A stretch of 63,606 nt of DNA, the filler included, from Hausera hauseri (lineage: Eukaryota): NCBI GenBank assembly GCA_046269625.1. It is 11 parts of 11 records of this genome, joined end to end, with 100 filler letters (N's around TTAATTAATTAA, not from the genome) between each part and the next. Parts side by side here need not be neighbours in the genome. Positions count along the whole stretch, not along the records: positions 25,756 to 30,363 come from JBJURY010506908.1; positions 30,464 to 34,740 come from JBJURY010662108.1; positions 34,841 to 41,159 come from JBJURY010113876.1; 8 more parts are not named here. The stretch is one strand, 5' to 3'. Below the pieces are notes generated by a model. That model ran no database searches and was not told the origin of the DNA. It saw only the letters and a program-made list of their open reading frames with translations. Made by a program: the position numbers and the translations under genes. This document shows positions 25,656 through 38,700 of the stretch, piece by piece (position 1 is the first letter of the stretch; each line of letters begins with the position of its first letter).

Positions 25656-25799
25656 NNNNNNNNNNNNNNNNNNNNNNNNNNNNNNNNNNNNNNNNNNNNT
25701 TAATTAATTAANNNNNNNNNNNNNNNNNNNNNNNNNNNNNNNNNNNNNNNNNNNNTCTCTAAGTGCGACTGCGAATGTAACCGTAAAGGTGACTTAAAA

Positions 25800-28700
25800 A
25801 TCCACATGTTGACTCCCCCGGAGTATGCTCACCTTGTCGACTGGTGGGGGAGCTCGCCGGGATACGGTTTTGCTGTGAGTAACAGCCAAGCCGTGTCCTG
25901 GGGCGAAGAAGCTGCAACTGGTGTTAAACCAAGAATATGAATGAAGATAAAAGAAAAAATTGCCAGGAAATTCGGAAACCTGGTCCCGGCCCCTTGTCAT
26001 TTATGGAGAGAGGTGACGGGGGACGGAGCTCTCTAGAGCACATCACTCGATCTCTCCACCCACGACCCGAGACTCAATGCAGTCCATTAAGCGTCCTGTC
26101 CAACGAGGCGCGTCCTTCACATGGGGTGTTGTCTGGCCTTCTTGATGAAGGCCCCAATACTTCAGATAATCACCAGGACCGAAGACACTTCACCTATAAT
26201 GAAAGAGGTGCAAAAAGAGCGGCCTGGTCAGTGGAGGAAAAAAGTGAAATTTATTGGTGTGTCTTATACGCAAGACACAGAAAATTCCCAAAAAAAGGAA
26301 CCACGAACAGAGTACTAGAAATGATACTGAGAAGAGGTAAAATATGTAAGGAAAAGGTTGAAAGTACACCAGTGTGTAGATTTAGTAGTATAGCCACCAA
26401 TATTAAATTGGGTAAAACAAAGATAAGCAAGGAAGAAATAAAAAAAATTGAAAATGACGTTGAAGCTTATATGGAGGAATTAGAGTTAGATGAAGGTAAG
26501 AGTAAGCACGATAAAGATGAACAATCTTGGAGATGGTCATACGAAAGAAATTTATTTTTAATGGAATGTGTGTATGTGGGTGAATTTTTTAGTGAAAAGA
26601 TGCAACAAAATGAAACATGGAAATATTATTTGGAAAAAGAAAAAATAAAAGTGAATGATATTATGGAATTTTTCTTCCATAAACAATATAACAATATAGA
26701 TAGGAAAATTTTGATTGCGCTAAAGCAATGTATATTAAATTTTAAAAATGAAAAGAAAAGAAAAATAAGAAAGGAAAAAGATACATTACCTACACCTGAA
26801 GAATTAGACGAGATCAAGGGGAAAGCAAAAGAAAAAGTTGAGAAAACGGAAATATCAGCGACATTGATACAAGAGATAAAAAGAATAAAAGAAAAACAAT
26901 ATAAAACACAGAAGGGAAAAATAGGTATGGGAGCAAAACGTTATACAGAAAAAGAAGAAAGAACAAAAATACCGGAAAAAGAAGAAGAAATGGGTTTGGA
27001 AATGTATGTTCATGAAGAGCCACCCGTTCTAATTGGGGATCAGCATGAAGATCTGAATGAAACAGAGAGAGATTCAGAATCTATGGAGAGTACAGTGGAT
27101 GAGGAAGAAATGGACAGAATAGTCATGATGGAGGAGGAAAAGCATCAGGTACAAAATAGACAGGAGATTGAAACTGATGAGTGAATGTTAAGGAGAATAG
27201 CTAACTACCGAGCAGAAGACCTAATAATGGGTATGGAAAGGCGAAAAAGAATAAAGAAGATTAACAATTGGTTTGGAATGAATAAATACATTGGGCAAGT
27301 GAATAGAGTACTACTAAGAATTATTCCTGAAAATTGTGGACTAACTGAATTAAATAGGCTATATTATGCCTCAAGTAGAGCAGTGGAAGAAATGATGAAT
27401 GGAGGAATTTATCGAGAAAACATATCAAGAAAAAGAAAAGGAAAACAAAAATCACCATGGAAGATTAGGTTGGAAAGAAATATAGAAAATCTGCGTAGAG
27501 AAATATCACTGTTGACGATGTTTAGACAAGGACAAGTCATCAATGAGGAAAAGAGGAAGATAGCCCAGAGAATGATTAATAGAGAAAGAATTACAAGAGG
27601 GGATAAAATGATACACGCAATTGGAAGAAGGAAGTTATTATTAGCAGCAAAGGCAAAAAGACTGAGACATTATTTAAGAATAGAAATGGAGAGAAGACAA
27701 AATAAAATATTTAAAGAGGACCAGGGAAAGTTCTATAAAGAACTGAGGGGAAATCAGAAAATCATTGAGACAACCCCAAGAAAGGAAGAAGTCGAAAGAT
27801 TTTGGAGGGATATATATGAAGATGAAGTACAGCACAATCATGATGCCCAGTGGATTACAGATATAAAGAACAACCCAGGAAATAGAGAATGGATGGAAAT
27901 GCCGTGGAGAAGAATAGAGGAAGACGAAGTAAAGAAAATAGTAAGGAAGACTAATAACTGGAAAGCCCCTGGAGTGGACAAGGTGCAAAATGTGTGGTTG
28001 AAAAAGATAACGGTGCTTATTAAACTACTCACCGAGTGCTTTAACAGGATAATGGAAGGAAGAGAAGAAATGCCTGAATGGTTTACGAAAGGTGAAACTG
28101 TACTTATTTCAAAAAATGGAGATACTGAAGACCCAAGTAAGTACAGGCCAATAACCTGCCTTCCAACTATGTATAAAATGTTAACAGCTGTGCTCACACA
28201 AAGGGTAAATAGTCATCTTCAAAATAATAACATAATTAGTGAGGAACAAAAAGGAAATAGTTTGGAATCGCTGGGAACAAAAGAACAGTTATTAATAAAT
28301 AGGATGGTTTTAGAAAACAGCAGGAAAGCTCAGAAGAATCTGTGTATGACATGGATCGATTATAGAAAAGCTTATGATAGCGTACCTCACTCCTGGCTTA
28401 TAGAAATAATGAAAATATATAAAGTAAATGAAAAAGTCCGAAGGTTTTTTGAGAGAGCCATGCCAAATTGGAAGGTAAATCTTAAACTAATACATAAGGG
28501 AGGAATAATGAGAATAGAGAACATCAAAATAAAAAAAGGTATTTTTCAGGGGGATTCCATCTCCCCGTTGCTCTTTGTAATGGCCATTAATCCGCTGAGT
28601 GTACTTTTAAATGATCTGGGTAATGGATATAGGGTAAACTCCAGAAAAGAAAAAAAGCCAAAACAGATAACCCATCTCTTATACATGGATGATTTGAAAT

Positions 28701-30340
28701 TATATGCCCCAAATAAAGAAGAGACAGAAAAGCAAATAGAAATAGTCAAAAGGTTCTCAAGAGACATTCGAATGCAGTTTGGGTTGGATAAGTGTGCATT
28801 TGTAGAATTGAGGAAAGGAAGAAAAGTGCACTCGGAAAACATTCAAATTGAAGATACAGAAATAAAAGAACTCGAGGGGATAAATACCTACAAATACCTC
28901 GGCATAGAAGAATCGGAAAAAATAGAAAACGAAATTATGAAGAGAAAATTAAAGAATGAATTTGTAAAAAGACTAAAAATGGTTCTCAAGACGGAATTGA
29001 AACCAAAGAACAAGATAGAAGCAATAAGAACTCTGGCTGTACCGGTACTTACTTATAGCTTTGGGGTATTAGATTGGTATCAATTTGAAATTAATGAACT
29101 AGATACGCTAATTAGAAAGCTTCTACATGCCCATAAGATGATTTACAAAAACCAGTGTGTGGCAAGGATGTATATGCCCAGAGAAGAGGGGGGAATGGCA
29201 ATACCATTAATTGATGAGATTCATAAAAAAGAAATAATTGGAATATCTGAATATGTGAAAGGAAAAGGAACAAAATACATAAGATGGGTGAGAGACCACG
29301 AAGAAGAAAAACCATCAGTTACATCAATTAGAAAGAAAGCGGATGACTACTTGAGAAATATGGAATTTGAGGGTGCAGTGAACACTGAGGTTAGAGGAGA
29401 AGATTTAAAAAAGAGAATAACTATTATAAAGGAAAAATACAAGAAATATAGAAAATTAAAAAATGATCAAGAATGGAAACAACATAAACGTGCTGGACTT
29501 TTCAAACAGGAAGTATTGGAGAAGTCTTATATACACAAAGAAAAGACAATAGAGGCAATTAGTAAGGGGTATTTAAGGTTTGAAGATGAGAGAATGGTAC
29601 TGGCAGCTCAAGATAGAGGGTTGAGAACCAACTGGTCAAAGAAACATTTAGAAAAGAAAGGAGAGACAGACAGGTGCAGGCTGTGTGATAGTGAGGTTGA
29701 GACGGAGATTCACATATTGTCGGGGTGTGAGGTTCTGTTGAAGTTACATTTTTATACGGAGAGGCACAACTCGGTCTGCAAACTGTTACATTACAAACTC
29801 TGCAAAAGATATGAGATCCCACTTCAAACAAATAGTCATAAAAATCATCAAGCGCCATCAATAGTAGAAAATGAACTAGTACAGATATTATACGATTACC
29901 CCATACCTACAGGAGCGGTAGTACCTTGTAATAGACCGGATATAGTTGTAATCGATAAACAAAGCAATAAATGTTACATAATTGAGGTGGGAGTCCCGTA
30001 TGATGGAAAAGTGGCAATGTATGAGAGAGAGAAAGAGATAAAGTACCAACAATTAAAATATGAAATATTGAGGATGTGGCAAGTTGAGGAAGTGGTGGTC
30101 ATTGCGGTTGTTGTAGGGACACTGGGTACAGTAAAGAAAAGTGTAATAAAAAGTTTGAGTATGTTACCCTTCGAAGTAACAACAAAAGAAATAGTAATGG
30201 AAGTTCTTACGAAAAGTATCAAAATTCTGAGAAGAGTTTTGGGAGCATGAAATGACCTCAGCCTTTGAATCAAGGTTTGATTCCGGTTGAAGGAATTTTT
30301 ATGTACCTCTAAGTAGAGAAAATTAAAAAAAAAAAAAAAA
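25800..30340 (+). mobile_element. Near full-length RLE-type non-LTR retrotransposon (R4/Dong-like) with a poly(A) tail
   Basis: Structured 5' UTR, a single reading frame, a short 3' UTR and A16 at 30325-30340. Confidence 0.9.
25937..30250 (+). CDS. RT and restriction-like endonuclease polyprotein, with one in-frame TGA at 27182-27184
   Basis: WKAPGVD, YRPITCL, DYRKAYDSVPH, GIFQGDSISPLLF, HLLYMDDLKLY, YKYLG, CRLC...HILSGC, RHN, RPDIV, IIEV, EK..KY. ORFs 25937 and 27185 are in the same frame. Confidence 0.93.
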
Positions 30341-30463
30341 TGTAAAGTTATTTAAGTGTTCAGNNNNNNNNNNNNNNNNNNNNNNNNNNNNNNNNNNNNN
30401 NNNNNNNTTAATTAATTAANNNNNNNNNNNNNNNNNNNNNNNNNNNNNNNNNNNNNNNNNNNN

Positions 30464-30497
30464 CCGGATTACCCAACTAGTCAGTCGGGTTCCAACA
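30464..30497 (-). repeat. 5' end of a Bel/Pao LTR inserted into Gypsy pre-RT sequence
   Basis: 33/34 identical to 34570-34603. There is no PPT; the flank translates to KYPEVF...PINIKSHRQPVNLEKKIDKTI. Confidence 0.75.
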
Positions 30498-31589
30498 GAT
30501 GGTCTTGTCGATTTTTTTTCTAAATTTACTGGTTGCCTGTGAGATTTGATATTAATCGGCTCTCTTGTAGTATCTATTCGGTGTTTGATGAGAGATGTAC
30601 ACCCTATGTTTCACTAAACGGCCATGAATACCTCTGGGTATTTCTGTATAATGTTGAGTAGCTCATTGTTGTCACTTACGTGAGGAGCTTCCATCGTCCT
30701 GTTGACTCGTTCCTGGTTAGTCACCTTACGGCCGAACTTGGCTTCATGGTTGCATATGTGATAACATTTGGCACTAGTTCAAACTCCTCACACTATGTTT
30801 CAGACCTTGAAACTTTGAGAAAATTACCATAACTTTTGTCGAGCCAATGTTCTTTTAATAGTCCATTTATAGTATTCTGTTTATTTAAAATTTATTCGTG
30901 TACTTAGAATAAATTTTAGCTACACACATTGGTGACAATGGACTATAGTCTGAATATTAGATAAATATTTTTTATTTCAGCAGAACATCAAGAAAACACT
31001 ACAAATCGAATATTGAAAGAACATTAGCTCGAGATAATGAATAAAATTTTATAAAAGTTTAAAATTCTAAACGTAGTGGCGAGACAAATGCAAAATGTTG
31101 ACATATTTAAAAGTGCCAGTTGCGTCATTTTGGCTTCATTGTCAAAACGTCTTTTTGATATTAATCATTATTATATTTTGCACGTCTCAACAATGTTTTT
31201 CACATATCAACTCAAAAGTGATGTGAATGATTTTATCAATATGGTGTTTTAAAATTCATAGAAATCGAGATGGGTAAGACTTGATTGATAGCTCTTCCAT
31301 ATATGGTTGCTTTTATTTTCACTATATTTACGGATTCGAAACATTTTAAATTTCAAAATACGTTAAGTATAAATTTCAGAGAGATACAAAGAGGATATTG
31401 AAAAACGTATTGTCGTCCTACAAAGGGAGATGCGAGATACCGAAGATAAAGTTGAAAAAAGTCGAGAAAAGATTGTAGAAATTGAAAATAAGTTAAAAGG
31501 TTATTTGTTGACTTTTGTCAAAAAGTAATTAAGAATTTTTATACACTACATCAAAGATTAGTATATCATCTATGTATACCACTGTTTAT

Positions 31590-31985
31590 TTAGTGTCCCC
31601 TAGTACTTTATGCATTAGTTCTTAGAACGTGCCAGGGGCTGCTGCTATACCGAGTGGCATCCTGTTGAAACAGAATGTTCTAATTTGGTTGAAAACGCCG
31701 TCTTCGGTTTGAAGTCTTCCTCCAGCTGAACTGGTTAATATGTTTTCCCTATATCGATTGACGTGAAAAACATGGTCCCGTATAACCTGTCCAATATCTC
31801 CACCATGTTAGGCATGGGGAATGCCTGCCGTTCCGTGATAAGATTCAGGTGTCTGAAGTCCAGTCAGATTCTGAGATTGTTCTTTTCTTTCGTCCATACT
31901 CATATCATTGGTATATTCCATGCTGAGTTGCATTTCATGATAATGTCATTTTCCTACAGGTTTTGGATGGTGTTAGAACATTATC
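31590..31985 (-). pseudogene. Gypsy RT fragment
   Basis: LDFRHLN...AFPMPN..EILDRL, KTAFST, FNRMPLGIAAAPGTF. Confidence 0.85.
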
Positions 31986-32995
31986 ATAATATTTAAATGA
32001 TAGCATCGTGGATCGGAACCACGCTCTGCTACCATTTGTTGGAAATACATGACGTACTTTATTTAAAGAATCCGTTATGTCATTAATTTTATCACCCTGA
32101 ACGCTATCCTTGATCCCCCGTGTTCTTATATACACGGAACTATTAATTATAGACTTTCTCTTATTTTGTTCCTCCTTTGATATCATCTCAAATCTTGTCC
32201 CAGCTCCCATGAAACTCAGCCCCCAATCTTCCATAACCTTCCCAAAGCCCTTATTCAATATATAAAAATATAAAAAAACATTTAAATTAATTTTCTCACC
32301 ATACTTAGCCATTGTTGACGGAGTGCTGCTCTCCGGGGGATTCTCTCCACCATTAATTTGGCCTTGAACATACAAACGGATTTTATCAGTCATACATACA
32401 TCATGACCCCTGGCCGGGTCCATCAAACCAAAAAGGCAACAAAAGTAACTGATAACAATATTATTAACGTGACGCACAAATACCTTCTTAACATCACCAT
32501 TCTTTAAGTCCAGAATTATTGGAGTTGACTGTATTTCCTTGGAGTACTCTGAAATTTCTTCATAAACCCTTTTACTACACTCATACCAATATAATCGGTT
32601 ACAGTTATCCCCGATTGGTACTACCATGCTTCGATGGCTATACGTGACGAAAATAGGTTGACCATATTCGTCTTTCAATTTGACGATCAGCAGATTAATT
32701 GGAATAGTCAATAGCTCTTGACGTTGTTGGATAAATTCCACTGATTGAAAATGATACATTTGTTTTCGTAAATAGAACATTGGGACAGTTTTGATCGTCT
32801 ATATTTTTGAGGCCTCTCCTGGCCTGAATTTCGCAAACTTTTTGGTGAGGAGCCAGAGGCATGGCCCTCGAACTCGCCCGTATCTATTAATAGTTCATTT
32901 TCTTGAAATTTGTTTATATTCTTCATGAAATTCAGTTTCTTCGATTTCGTCCATAACAGGACATTTTGGTCAATCATTGAAATTTTCAATTCCAT
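31986..32995 (-). CDS. Orphan ORF of about 330 aa, apparently intronless, with one frameshift, running into the RT fragment
   Basis: ORFs 32708-32995 and 31935-32780; protein-like composition; no recognised family. Confidence 0.4.
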
Positions 32996-33049
32996 AATTT
33001 TATTTCAATTCAATATTTATTGAATTCCTTAGCTGCCTAGCAGCTTATA

Positions 33050-33195
33050 TTATTTCTTATTATCGCTGTTGATGGCAAAATATTGGAAGAACTGCATTTA
33101 AGCTGTACGACGATGTTCCAAAAACAATCGAGAATTTTCGGGCTTTGTGCTCTGGTGAAAATGGATTTGGGTACAAGGGAAGTAAATTCCACCGT
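33050..33195 (+). pseudogene. Cyclophilin-type PPIase N-terminal fragment; its start is repeated at about 33283-33312
   Basis: [32 protein letters not shown]. Confidence 0.9.
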
Positions 33196-34259
33196 GAAAA
33201 ATATAATTATATATCGATATTCATATAAATTTATATAAGTGGGAATTCCCACAAATTCAAGTCTTTTCTAAAAACGGTTCAAACTTTCTTGATATCGCTG
33301 TTGACGGCAAATATATAAATTATTATTGCTCTTATCTATTTTGCAATCGGTTGTCATTACATCTTGCGAACTATCTCATTTTCGTTCCAGCTTTATATCG
33401 TTTTGTATAAAGACTTGACGTTGTTTCAAACATCTTTTCAATTTTATTCATTTCTTCAACGAATCGTCTAGTTTCGAAAATCGACTGGCAACCTCCTGAT
33501 GCGTTCGATACCATTCTTTTACTGGAACTGCATCAAAAGAATCTGAACTGCTTCGGATAAAAAACACAATATTGAGAATTTTCAAACATGCTTTCTTTGA
33601 CAGCTTTGTATTTCTTTAAATTTTTTCTTCGCCCTATACAAAGATTAATCGGATCAATTTGTTCGACTTTCATTTTGTTTAACGTGTATTTTCGAATTTT
33701 CGCTTCTTCTTTTACTTCTTTACCGAATTCCGTTCCAGCACCAAATGCTTGTGGTTCGATAACTTTTGCCTTTTGACTTCGATCTCGTTGAACAAACATT
33801 TCTTTAACGCTTAAGTTTTGATCGAGGCTCCCATCATTAGTAAATTGCAAAATATCAATACGTTTTTCACAATCGTGACTACGGAATTTCACAAATATTT
33901 CTCGGTTATACTTTTTATAAAATTCATGATTAACATTATTGCTTGGTGCAACGATTATAGTACCAAACACCCACCGGTGCCCTCTGACGTAATACAACTA
34001 TCATGAGAATTCGTTTTTGGTTTTCTCTAACTAAAACTGTTACTTCTCATCACTCGTCCCCATCATCATTGGCAAATTTTGTCCATTATGACTAGAAAAG
34101 TTATTGCTTAACAAATCATTACCACTCATCAATGCATGAAGTGATTTCAAATGAAATTTTCCCGGATCTTGTACTTCCAGTCGCTTCCACCGATGGCGGT
34201 TTAAATCTCCGTTGAATATCGTCGATGAGACTTTCCGATTTGGACACATCTATCTCGAA

Positions 34260-34740
34260 TGTTGTCATATAGAGATAAAAATATTCATGCAATTATAAAA
34301 CAATAACGACCGTCTACATCTTACTACTCTCGGTGAACTATGATTATTGTCATCTTTCAGTCGTCTGAACCCTGCCAGGGATCATGCTTCCAATATTCTC
34401 CATGTTTTGTTTTTACATCACACACACCTACTTTACAATTCCAACCCCCCAACAACTAATATTTAAACACAACATGCGCAATCAAATATACATGCCTATA
34501 TACATATATGCAATTACATCTATATATACACACTATTTACATCCCTTCCTTTATAACTTTTCATGCTTCCCGGATTACCCAACTAGTCAGTCGGGTTCTA
34601 ACATTTCCCCCTCCTTGGGGTAATCCGGTCTTTAAATATATCACAATCCACCCAATCTTCTAATTTCTCATCGATCCTGCACATTTTATTCACAGGTCTT
34701 GTCATTATCTCGGACCCGATTTTTAATTCGACTACTCGAA
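34260..34740 (-). mobile_element. Bel/Pao 3' end: integrase tail, PPT and LTR (34260-34603)
   Basis: RVVELK...RPVNKMC; PPT AAGGAGGGGGAAA; TGTTA...CAACA termini; homologous to 1535-1806. Confidence 0.82.
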
Positions 34741-34840
34741 NNNNNNNNNNNNNNNNNNNNNNNNNNNNNNNNNNNNNNNNNNNNTTAATTAATTAANNNN
34801 NNNNNNNNNNNNNNNNNNNNNNNNNNNNNNNNNNNNNNNN

Positions 34841-35704
34841 GATAGAAACCAGTAGTTGTTTACGTCCTCCACCAACGAGTACGGATTCGGTTAAGTCCGT
34901 TAAAATGTTTATTCTATGAAATGCTCCATAGAGTTGCGGTTTGCATTTGGCAATAGTAGATCTTCCATCAATGTTTTGATAGAAACAGTGTTTTGAAAAA
35001 TCCAGATTTCGAGCCAATAATTCATCAAAGGCAAAATACGTAACACTGACATGGCGTGTACGCGAAATATGAACATCTGCGTTTACTTCACATGTCCTTA
35101 AGACTAATGTAGCCGTTTTCTTGACGTATTCACACAATTCCAGTTCCGTTTCCATCAATGAATCGTAAGGTATAATATAATAGCGGATGACTGCTTCTGA
35201 CTTAGTCCACTTTACTATAATATCAGATTCCGCATCGGATAAAAGGTCCAATTTTTCACCAACTGTAACATGTTTACCTAGCCGTAGTCGTTTTTCGTGT
35301 ACATTGACTGATTGAAAACTCCGTGCATGAGCATCAGCTATAGATTTAAACTGCATTTCAATGGGATTTGGGTGTATTAGTTTCATACGGTAGTTTGAAA
35401 AATAAGCATAAACCGAGAAATTTTCTCGCGAATAATTGCAAAGTGTATATCGGTTATTGTGTCGGATAGCCCGCAAACCACTTGAAATAGGGTACGTTTC
35501 TTGTCGGGCAAAGTAAATACCACTGTTCTGACGTATTGTCACTGGTGACAATGTAAAAGTGCATTCCGTCAAAGCCACTTTCCAGACTACTTGGCGTAAA
35601 TCGACCGGGCGGTCCAAGTGCATGGTAAACTGTTGAGCTGTATTGTCATTAACGTCATGTAATAATGATCTATTACTATCAAGTACCAAGTAAATGCTGC
35701 TCAT
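34841..35704 (-). CDS. Polinton minor capsid (penton) protein, truncated by the contig end
   Basis: IYLVLDSN.S....DNT..QFT..L..PVDL...WKVALTE and INILTDL.E..LVG....LL. Its ATG overlaps the integrase stop (ATGA). Confidence 0.8.
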
Positions 35705-36751
35705 TGAATCTGTGATGCAAAAATCCAACTTGGTGCAGTGTATCCGTGCAACTTGACGACATATTGTTTATTCGAAACTTTGCCACGTAAACGTAGAATT
35801 TCCTGAATACGATACACATCGGGTTTTTCGGACAGTACCTGCAAAAACTTTCGTAGAATTTACCGCGTATTTAACGTAACATGACAGGTGTTTGTTTTGT
35901 GTTGATTGCCGAAATGCGGAAAACCTCGTCGTTCCAGTTCTGATTGAAATTTTTAATGAATAGAGTCGTACTTATTTTCGAAATACGTACATAATCACCA
36001 ATTTTATATTTTGGGCGTTTAATTGTCTGTATTCTGTTTTGATAAAGCCACATGTCCAAATCATCGATTACGTCAACTGGCCGTAATCCACTGATGCCAC
36101 GATGTGCCGAATGATTGTATGCATGAATAATATCCGACAGTACATCTCCCCAGCGTTTGTTGTTTTTCTTCGTAAAGAATTTGTTTAGGCGACCGCACAA
36201 TGTTCGATTAAGTCGTTTAATAAGTGCAGCATTTACTGTGAAAACACCGAGTAGTGATTTACGCCGAACCGTTTCAAAACCGCTGCAACGTGGGTGTTGT
36301 AGAATTCCTTACCGAAACTCGTTTGTAAATGCTTCGGTTGTTGTTGTTGTTGTTGTTGTTGTATCAGTGTCTGAACAGCGTCGGAAATCTCTTTACCGGA
36401 TTTAGATTTCACCGCAATTTCACGTGCAAAACGACTAAACACATCAACGCATGTCAACACGTACCGATACCCATCGTTAATGCTGGCGTACGGAATCACT
36501 TCCATCAGATCCATTTGCCATACATTATTTACTCCGGCAGCACGGTATGCACGAGTTGGGAACCGCCTTCTTATTGGTTTGTTTAGGCCGTATGCTAACT
36601 GTTTCCCGAGCCAACGTTGGGTCTGTTGCCGATTCTGTTTGACAGTCTTTGCCAGTTTGGTGACGCCCGTATACCCGACGGGATGACGCGGGCTGAATTA
36701 CACGTCGCCCATCGGTGTTGTCGTCGTCGATGGTGCCGGTTTTGCTAGCAT
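35701..36751 (-). pseudogene. Polinton retroviral-like integrase with a C-terminal chromodomain-like region
   Basis: WQMDL...NDGYRYVLTCVDVFSRFA, K.LQT..GKEFYN, YNHSAHRGI, YKIGDYVRISK, NWNDEVFRI, YVVK..GY. Confidence 0.92.
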
Positions 36752-36872
36752 TGAAACAATTAGAACGAAACGTAAATGAAAGATAGGGTAAACTTTGGCA
36801 AAATTATGAATAACATGCATCCATATCGCCGAATCACCATATACTTACTATTTTTTACTTACTATGTTTATA

Positions 36873-37199
36873 CTATGCTGCTGTAGAACCAATGAATCCG
36901 CCCAGTAATGACGTGACAATTGGTAGAATTGCACCAAGGAATCCGCCGTCTTGCTGGTACATAACCTCTCGTTTCTGTTGTTTACTACGGACGTTGGCAA
37001 GGCCAATGAGTCGTTTTCGGTACTTTAGTAAATTCCGCTTTCCAGTACCCATGCCAACGTGATTCACAACAATATTCTATAAAATTTTCATCAAATCATC
37101 TATGGCAAATTGTGGAAATGATCGCAGCATGTTTCGCTTATGTCTCGTAGGTGCCTTGAGCAAAGCAATAAAGTACGGTTAACTACATTTAAATCGCAT
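36873..37199 (-). pseudogene. Small Polinton/adintovirus core (X-like) protein
   Basis: Basic protein ending QQDGGFLGAILPIVTSLLGG (QxGGFL adenain-site-like motif plus an amphipathic helix). Confidence 0.7.
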
Positions 37200-37434
37200 G
37201 CTTTTTGGTGGACGTATTGATGTTGATGAGACGTAGTTGTTTATAACCTGTGCAACTGTGACTGTAATTTGCGTCTAGCTGCTGCTGTTGTTGTTCGACA
37301 AAGAACAAAATTGGTTAGTCGCTTTACTATAGCGGTGATTTGTTTTGATACACGCTTCTTGCCACCAGACACCTGCTTGGTAGTAGGTTTACGTTTAACA
37401 TCTGATTTTCGGAAATTCGTCATTTTTCATTATA

Positions 37435-38095
37435 ATCATGTCGTCGATTTTAGAATTTGTTTATAGATACATACCCGACCGTTCTAATTGAAAATGTTTA
37501 TTCGTACACGCATGTCATCGGGACACTGTTGAGTAAAGTCGATGAACAAGTATCCGTGTGGCTCAGTCGTAGCATCATGATATGCATTTATCAAGTAAGC
37601 TCGATTGTAAATAAATGCTTTTCGTGCAACATAATCAATGATAGTTTGATCACGGGGATTTTTGAACAACATCAAATAGTGTACGTTTAGATTTCGTGTT
37701 CGTTGCTGTCCACCCTAAAAAAACATGTTTTGCGTAATGAAAATAACCGTCACACCATGGTGCCGTGCAATCTTCGTGAACAGGTTGTTGAAGTCCGATT
37801 GTTTCGCGGCTTCTTGAAATAAATGGTCGATGACAATAACGTCACCGTTGCGTAATCTCTCTGACCAGTTCTCATCAAACCCATCAATTACCGTTATCGA
37901 TTTCAATTTATAAAATTCCCGATGTGTCAAACCGGACTCACCATCATCACCAACACCCTGATGTCAGTATATGTGATTGTACTGCGGTGAATGGAACATA
38001 TCATGGTAGTTCTGCAGCAATTTGCAAACAAAGTGCGTTTTGCCACTTCCACCGGGGACTACAATCTGGAAAATTGCATAATTCTTCAGCTTCAT
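37435..38095 (-). pseudogene. Polinton A32/FtsK-like packaging ATPase
   Basis: Walker A GGSGKT, Walker B VIVID, LFTKIARH..VTVIFITQN.F, LFKNPRD, PHGYLFID. Confidence 0.92.
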
Positions 38096-38179
38096 CTAAT
38101 AATAATACAACCTTTCCTCACCATCACATGATTTATTTATAATCATGTTACACACACATAAATAGCTATAGTATAAACA

Positions 38180-38700
38180 ATGTTTCCATAATGTTAGCTA
38201 ATATCAACTATCGCGGACATGTTGCCGAGTGTGACATTATTAGCCCACTACCTTTTAATCAATGGAAGCCGACGAAGTATGTTACACAAGTGTCCACCGG
38301 ACTTTACATGCATCGTATTTCAATCAGGAAAGTGTCGTATTATGGGTTGTCGCAAACCAATCACAGCTGACAGTAACAATAAACTACTGCCATCCGGAAT
38401 TGTCATTGACCGAATCCAATCAGTAGCGGTAACGACTCAGTTAGACTTCCATCACCACCTTCACCAAACAATCAATCTGTACAAATTAGCAATAGCCACT
38501 GAATGTACATATGAACCCGAACTGTTCCCTGCACTGAGATTGACATTGTTTTGCCAACGTTGTGTCAACGTGTTTAGTAGTGGAAAAATTGTTGTACTCC
38601 GTATTCGGACAATGGACTATAAACGGATTATTAATCCAATTAAATACCACATAAATATTTTAGTGAATCAAAATAATGTACTCTGCACAACAACAAATTA
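38180..38700 (+). CDS. TBP: TATA-binding-protein homolog (two TBP repeats), with a frameshift near the 5' end
   Basis: Repeat 1 TCIVFQSGKCRIMG; repeat 2 IQSV...INLYKLA...YEPELFPAL...VNVFSSGKIVV (cellular TBP: YEPELFPGL...LIFVSGKVV). Confidence 0.85.

Noticed and set aside
36337-36362. (GTT)n run giving poly-Q/V/L ORFs
   Set aside because: It is a microsatellite within the integrase pseudogene; the + strand ORFs are shadows.
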